39,236 nucleotides of DNA from a virus (Duplodnaviria; Caudoviricetes): the IMG/VR virus record IMGVR_UViG_3300014167_000006, positions 1 through 39,236 of that record; one strand, given 5' to 3'. Shown one piece after another: positions 34,503-39,236 of this stretch (position 1 is its first letter; every line of letters begins with the position of its first letter). Both the position numbers and the translations under genes were made by a program. Under the pieces are notes generated by a model. The model searched no databases and was not told the DNA's origin. It saw only the letters and a list, made by a program, of their open reading frames with translations.

Positions 34503-35075
34503 CTAGTTCATATTACGGAAAGCTTTGGTGCCTTTTTGGGCAGCAAGACCTTTACCGAGTGAAGAAGCTGTTTCTTGTGCGTGTATTCTAGCTTCGTTTG
34601 CAATACGTTCTCTTTTTTCAAGAAGAGATACCCTTCTCTCTATCCTGTCTCTTTGTAACTGCTCTTGTTGTAACTGCTCAGTTAACTGGTCAAAGACTTC
34701 ACGAGAAACGTACTCAGCCTTCATGATCTGCTCGATATGATCAAACATGGCATCTTGAATGTCTACGCTGGCTTCGGTGTGGATCAAGGTAGCAAATCTG
34801 ATGTCGTCTCTCGTGGTCCAGAGACGACCATCTTCTCTAACACGTTTTAGCATGTTCTCGGCTTTGTGTGTTTGTAGATGATCCTTAGCACCACAATTTG
34901 TGGTGTTAAGATTGCTAAAGCGATCAGATCTTGACGCAGTCATGAGTACTGTTTTAGATGCACAACCTATGTTGGCAGCTATGACTGGAGTAGTGTTAAC
35001 CCAAAGACCTCCTTCTAGTTGAAATTGTGGGATTCCTGTAATGCTGTATCCAGAGATGACCCTAGTTTTAAGCAC
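34503..35075 (-). CDS. Bro-like DNA-binding/antirepressor-like protein with coiled coil
   Basis: Paralogue of 36795-37391 (shared GKGL.AQKG C-terminus). Confidence 0.55.
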   Translation of the reverse strand: MLKTRVISGYSITGIPQFQLEGGLWVNTTPVIAANIGCASKTVLMTASRSDRFSNLNTTNCGAKDHLQTHKAENMLKRVREDGRLWTTRDDIRFATLIHTEASVDIQDAMFDHIEQIMKAEYVSREVFDQLTEQLQQEQLQRDRIERRVSLLEKRERIANEARIHAQETASSLGKGLAAQKGTKAFRNMN

Positions 35076-35308
35076 TAGTTCTTCTCCTTGCCAAATACTT
35101 CTCTGTTCGCACTAAAGAACTTCTTAACGGGTTCTGGAGACCCATTAAGCACACTGAATCGTTTTGGATTCCTAGTAGCCATGTGTATTAGGTTACTTGG
35201 ATCTAACTTGAGTCCACCTGCTACTTGATTATGTTCTGCGTAGATCACTCCTTCGTGTACTACTACAGGTATGCAAGCTCCACCAAACTCCCAACTAATA
35301 ATCTCCAT
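35075..35308 (-). CDS. truncated Bro-like paralogue (N-domain only)
   Basis: MEIISWEFGGACIP aligns with MIKIVHWKFHNLVIP of 36795-37391. Confidence 0.5.
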   Translation of the reverse strand: MEIISWEFGGACIPVVVHEGVIYAEHNQVAGGLKLDPSNLIHMATRNPKRFSVLNGSPEPVKKFFSANREVFGKEKN

Positions 35309-35330
35309 ACTAACTTTATCCTTTACGGTG

Positions 35331-35386
35331 TTGCTGGGCGATATTGTCCAGTACACTCTTATACCAGGACAGATCAATAATTTGCA
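35331..35386 (-). promoter_or_regulatory. duplicated promoter/leader block, copy 1
   Basis: 53/56 identical to 37411-37466; contains GGTATAAG. Confidence 0.8.
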
Positions 35387-35449
35387 TATAGGCTAAAGAT
35401 GAACCCGAATGGGTTCTTTGGATCAGGCGCTCTTTGACACCTGTGAGAG

Positions 35450-36268
35450 CTATTCGCAGTATCCAGTCAAGTAATTGAACAGGACTCCTGTGTTACATGA
35501 GGGTTGTGGCCAAGCACAACTAGGACATAGGTAGCATGGGACCTGTCCTGAAGCCCCACATGAAATGCAGCTTGAGTGATCTTCATTGCACCCTAGACCA
35601 GGAACACAGTAGTACAAGGTGACAGTTGAGGTAACTGCTCTTGTACAACATGGAGTCGTGGGTGTGCCACATGCAGGAGTAGTGTCTGGTGCTTTCAATA
35701 CATCTGCTGTGGTAATGGTATCTGGTATACCAGCATCCGGTATAGTAACCACTATACTTGTTCCACCAGTCCCTTTGACACCACCTGTTCCCTGAGCTCC
35801 GCCAGTACTAATCTGTCCACCGGTTCTTGGAGCAGTAGTGGTACCACCGACTGGTGTACTTCCACCGGTCCCTATATGCCCGCTAGTTTCACTTTGTCCA
35901 CCTGTGTTTGGGATAGGGAGGGCACCACCAGTTGAAGCGGTAGCTCCACCGGTTTCAACACTTCCACCCGTGCTGGGGTCAATAGTCGTGGTGCCACCAA
36001 AAGAGACTGCTCCTCCGGTGCCGGAAATGGTGCTGGTTCCACCTGTGCTGGTAGTAGAACCACCAGTGCCCTTCATGCCACCAGTACCCTGAACCGTAGT
36101 AGAGCTGGTGAGATTAGACCCACCAGTTCCTTGGACGTGGCCACCCGTACTTTGTGTGCTGGTTAGGGTGTCTGTGACAGTATTGGTGGGCGGCTGGGTA
36201 TCGTCCAGGCCTTTGCTGTTAGTAGAACAACCAATGATCAGAATAGCCGAAAGAATGATCTTTTTCAT
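35450..36268 (-). CDS. Gly/Thr-rich lipoprotein with Cys-rich C-terminus
   Basis: MKKIILSAILIIGC lipobox; TGG tripeptide repeats; RBS AGGAGG. Confidence 0.75.
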   Translation of the reverse strand: MKKIILSAILIIGCSTNSKGLDDTQPPTNTVTDTLTSTQSTGGHVQGTGGSNLTSSTTVQGTGGMKGTGGSTTSTGGTSTISGTGGAVSFGGTTTIDPSTGGSVETGGATASTGGALPIPNTGGQSETSGHIGTGGSTPVGGTTTAPRTGGQISTGGAQGTGGVKGTGGTSIVVTIPDAGIPDTITTADVLKAPDTTPACGTPTTPCCTRAVTSTVTLYYCVPGLGCNEDHSSCISCGASGQVPCYLCPSCAWPQPSCNTGVLFNYLTGYCE

Positions 36269-36382
36269 AGTGTTTCCTCCTATATATCTTATACCCGTTC
36301 AGAGGATTAGAATTTCATCATTTACAGGCTAAAATAGAAGAGCCACTGTTAGGTGGCTCCTCTATCTATCTTACGGTAGACA

Positions 36383-36670
36383 CTAGATACTATCTGGCAA
36401 ATGTTCTGGTGGATGCTCTGTTCGAAGCTCCATCATATTGTCGAAATCTTTTCGGATAGTATTGAGGTCTTCTTTGATCTGGTTGACTTCAGTCTCTAGT
36501 TTACTGATTTTGTCGAGTTTGGTGTTGAGGGACTGAAGAAGAGCTTTGCTGTCCTCCACAACTTGTGCCAGCTTGTCTGCTCTATCTTTTTCGACACGAA
36601 GAGCAGCTTTGGGTTTTGAACCGGAGTGGTTTTTGCGGTCTTTGGAGGGGGTCTTGTTGGACTTTGTCAT
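36383..36670 (-). CDS. coiled-coil hypothetical protein
   Basis: RBS AAGGA; promoter motif at 36713-36720. Confidence 0.55.
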   Translation of the reverse strand: MTKSNKTPSKDRKNHSGSKPKAALRVEKDRADKLAQVVEDSKALLQSLNTKLDKISKLETEVNQIKEDLNTIRKDFDNMMELRTEHPPEHLPDSI

Positions 36671-36794
36671 TTGTGATCCTTTGGTAAAGCTTATTGTTTC
36701 TACAGCAAAATACTTATACCTTACCTAGTGATCATATTTCATGGCTAAGAAGAACACAAAGGTGCTCTTCTGCCTTAACGTCTTTAAGGAATAG

Positions 36795-37391
36795 CTAATT
36801 GATCTCTGTTAGACGCTTGATTCCTTTCTGTGCTTGGAGTCCTTTGCCATTAGCACTACCAATAGCTTCAATGAATGGCTTTGCCCACTCAATGATCTCT
36901 TCTAGTGCTGATACTCTATTCTCTAGTGTACCAGTTCGTTTCTTTTCTATTCTTAGCGCTTCAGCTGTTTCGTTGAGCTGTTGTATGAGCTGTTCATTCT
37001 CTTGTACAGTGGGCACGTCTATGCTAGCGTGTTTCTTGATCAGTTCTTTTAGACCTTTTCTGAATTCTTTTCCAATGCTAGATCTAATTGCAAACCCAAA
37101 AGACAACATATCGTCCTCTGTTGGTATGTGCATGTCATCTCTTAGTCGTTCAATCCCAAACAAGCCTTTGTTGTTAGCATAAACATTCTTTACGCTAGGG
37201 TACTTTGCTGATAAGTCTCCTAGTCTAATTCCATCAAACTCGTCTGGTCTTGTATTACGTATCATACGTAGATCGTCTGGAGTTACCTCAAGAGCAGAAG
37301 CCAACATGTGATAGGTAGAGTATAGTATTCCTCCGATCTTGAGCATAGGGATGACTAAATTGTGAAACTTCCAGTGTACTATTTTGATCAT
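36795..37391 (-). CDS. Bro-like DNA-binding/antirepressor-like protein with coiled coil
   Basis: LASALEV..IRSSIGKEFRK segment; coiled coil; RBS AAGGA. Confidence 0.6.
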   Translation of the reverse strand: MIKIVHWKFHNLVIPMLKIGGILYSTYHMLASALEVTPDDLRMIRNTRPDEFDGIRLGDLSAKYPSVKNVYANNKGLFGIERLRDDMHIPTEDDMLSFGFAIRSSIGKEFRKGLKELIKKHASIDVPTVQENEQLIQQLNETAEALRIEKKRTGTLENRVSALEEIIEWAKPFIEAIGSANGKGLQAQKGIKRLTEIN

Positions 37392-37410
37392 TACTGCTTC
37401 CTTGACTATA

Positions 37411-37466
37411 TTGCTGGGCGATATTGTCCAGTACGACCTTATACCAGGACAGATCAATAATTTGCA
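37411..37466 (-). promoter_or_regulatory. duplicated promoter/leader block, copy 2
   Basis: Matches 35331-35386. Confidence 0.8.
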
Positions 37467-37504
37467 CTCTTGCATCGTAACTCAAGATAGGCCATCATCT
37501 GCCT

Positions 37505-37747
37505 ATGGCTGACCAACAATCCGTCTATGTCTTACTTGCAAAACCACAAGGTAGAGAGTTTGCTGACTGTAATATCAGTGAGCGAAGGGCCGCTATGGTC
37601 CCAGAAGTCGAAGCATTCAACAAGTATATGCGTGAGCTACCATCAGAAAAGGGTGGTGGGGCTTTGTCTCCAATAGAGATGACGCTTATACGAACCTACA
37701 TTGCGTGGAAACTGAGTAATGTCACGCAGTCGGATTCAGGTACCTAG
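37505..37747 (+). CDS. hypothetical protein
   Basis: 80-aa ORF. Confidence 0.5.
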   Translation: MADQQSVYVLLAKPQGREFADCNISERRAAMVPEVEAFNKYMRELPSEKGGGALSPIEMTLIRTYIAWKLSNVTQSDSGT

Positions 37748-37763
37748 AATCGAGGATGGAAAA

Positions 37764-38096
37764 ATGGGCCGAAAAGTAGTCGTTGAGATCAAATGTGATC
37801 GATGTGCACGCACAGAACACTTACCTGCTAATGGTTCTCAAGCCAATGATGAGCCACAGTTCAAAGGTACGTTCCAGGGTATGACCATCGAGTACAAAGA
37901 TTTATGTACTTCATGCAAAGACATTGTAGCTATGAGGTGGAATGAACTGACTCGTCCTCTTCTCAAAGCTTCTCCTCAAAGAGATCGAACTGAAAAGTTG
38001 GCTAAAATAACAGCACCAAAATCTGTAGCAGCTACTCCTACACCACCACCTGTACCTACTAAATTGAGTCCGCACGGTACCTCCTCGAGGTCCTAG
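37764..38096 (+). CDS. Zn-finger hypothetical protein
   Basis: CDRC..DLCTSC; RBS GAGGA. Confidence 0.6.
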   Translation: MGRKVVVEIKCDRCARTEHLPANGSQANDEPQFKGTFQGMTIEYKDLCTSCKDIVAMRWNELTRPLLKASPQRDRTEKLAKITAPKSVAATPTPPPVPTKLSPHGTSSRS

Positions 38097-38099
38097 TCT

Positions 38100-38177
38100 C
38101 ACTCCTCCCTTCCGGGTGGGTGGCGCTGACCAAGAGCTTGCGTTCCCTTGCTCTCCTGACGTCTCAGGGGAACAAAA
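38100..38177 (-). ncRNA. putative promoter-driven pseudoknotted small RNA
   Basis: Downstream of promoter motif 38180-38187; GTTCCC/GGGAAC crossed by GAGAGC/GCTCTT. Confidence 0.4.
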
Positions 38178-38249
38178 CTCTTATACCATTGTATGGTGCC
38201 GTTTTTCGGCCTATTGTGGTACCCTAACTGTTGACGGTGCCACAGAAAA

Positions 38250-39236
38250 ATGCCTGTATACAGTGATCAAGTAAGCGGCATATTTGCCCAGCAAAACCAG
38301 ATGTTTGCTGCGTATGGTTCATTTGCAGCAGGCTTCTCTCCAGATGGGCCTCCAGGCATGTCTCCTTGGGCTGGAGGCCCTCCACCTACCTTTGAAGAGG
38401 CTCCATACACTGCTGGCACAAAGGTGATGGGTGCAGCTCATTCTATGATGCCTGCTGCTATCGGAATGGGAACACTGGCTGGGAGTATGCTCCTTCCAGG
38501 TGCTCTAGGTAGAGCTGTAGGCAATCTAGACCCCTTTCAGGCTGCTCTTGGTGGCTTTGGTAGAGCATCTGGTATTACTCGAGGGATAGCTGGTCAGGGC
38601 ATTATGGACTCTATAGGCACTATGGGTGCCAACATTGGCAGGATTGGGGCTGGTGGTTTTGGAAATGTAGTTCGTGCTGGTATCACTGGACTTGGTGGAG
38701 CAGCTATGGCCGCAGCTCTTCCAATGGCAGGCATGGCTGCTGTACAACATGTCGGCGGCCAAATGATCGAAGGTGCTCAGTACACACAACGAGTACAGAA
38801 ATCACTTAGTCAGAACTTCCGCTTCTTGAATAATCAGTCCGCAACAGGGTTTGGTTTCAGTCGTGAGCAGAGCAAAGACATAGCAGATACGATGAGAGAG
38901 ATGGGTAGCAAGGACATCATGTCCTCCCCAGGTGAGATGTTGAAGTTGATGGAGCAGGGTGTACAGGGAGGCATGTTCCGAGCGGTTCAAGACGCAAAGT
39001 CATTCAAGAGTAAGTTCCAGGAGATGACTAAGTCTCTGAAGGAGATTGCAAAGACTTTCAATACCACCATGGAAGGTGCGATGCCATTCCTTACAGAAGC
39101 TCGTCGTATGGGTTTCTGGACACCTTCAGATGTCATGCGCCTTGCTACTCCTACTCAAGCTGCTGCGATCAATACAGGTCAATCGGTAGCACAGGTTCAG
39201 GCTATGCAGCAGCAGGGTGCTGCTATGGCTAGACAA
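38250..39236 (+). CDS. tape-measure-like protein, 5' partial (absent from ORF track)
   Basis: Open frame from ATG 38250 (MPVYSDQVSGIFAQQ) to window end; Gly/Ala-rich hydrophobic then helical. Confidence 0.6.
   Translation, partial: MPVYSDQVSGIFAQQNQMFAAYGSFAAGFSPDGPPGMSPWAGGPPPTFEEAPYTAGTKVMGAAHSMMPAAIGMGTLAGSMLLPGALGRAVGNLDPFQAALGGFGRASGITRGIAGQGIMDSIGTMGANIGRIGAGGFGNVVRAGITGLGGAAMAAALPMAGMAAVQHVGGQMIEGAQYTQRVQKSLSQNFRFLNNQSATGFGFSREQSKDIADTMREMGSKDIMSSPGEMLKLMEQGVQGGMFRAVQDAKSFKSKFQEMTKSLKEIAKTFNTTMEGAMPFLTEARRMGFWTPSDVMRLATPTQAAAINTGQSVAQVQAMQQQGAAMARQ

Overview
This window looks like a segment of a large, probably jumbo-type, tailed phage genome. Bases 1-6600 hold a + strand array of 16 tRNA genes. 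Interspersed are two disrupted HNH paralogues, small ORFs and at least four structured non-tRNA RNAs. The most striking element is a 245-aa protein of unknown function (3878-4615) followed by a ~400-nt ncRNA with two circularly permuted, anticodon-less tRNA-like domains and hexamer repeats, a candidate new ribonucleoprotein system. Downstream come a glycosyltransferase/methyltransferase pair, HNH, EndoVII-type and GIY-YIG nucleases, and an envelope/lysis-like cassette (membrane protein, lipoprotein, two papain-like peptidases). These are followed by ParB, a histone-H1-like protein, a stand-alone TSCPD domain, an SLT-like protein, thymidylate kinase and RNase HII. The right half has a probable -1 frameshifted tail-chaperone pair, GroES, an ATP-dependent DNA ligase, three Bro-like paralogues and the 5' part of a tape-measure-like gene. 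A bipartite promoter-like motif (AAA-rich box, ~17 nt, GG[T/G]ATAAG) occurs 13 times, and two copies appear to drive small RNAs rather than ORFs. All assignments come from reading the sequence by eye; no database search or folding program was run.
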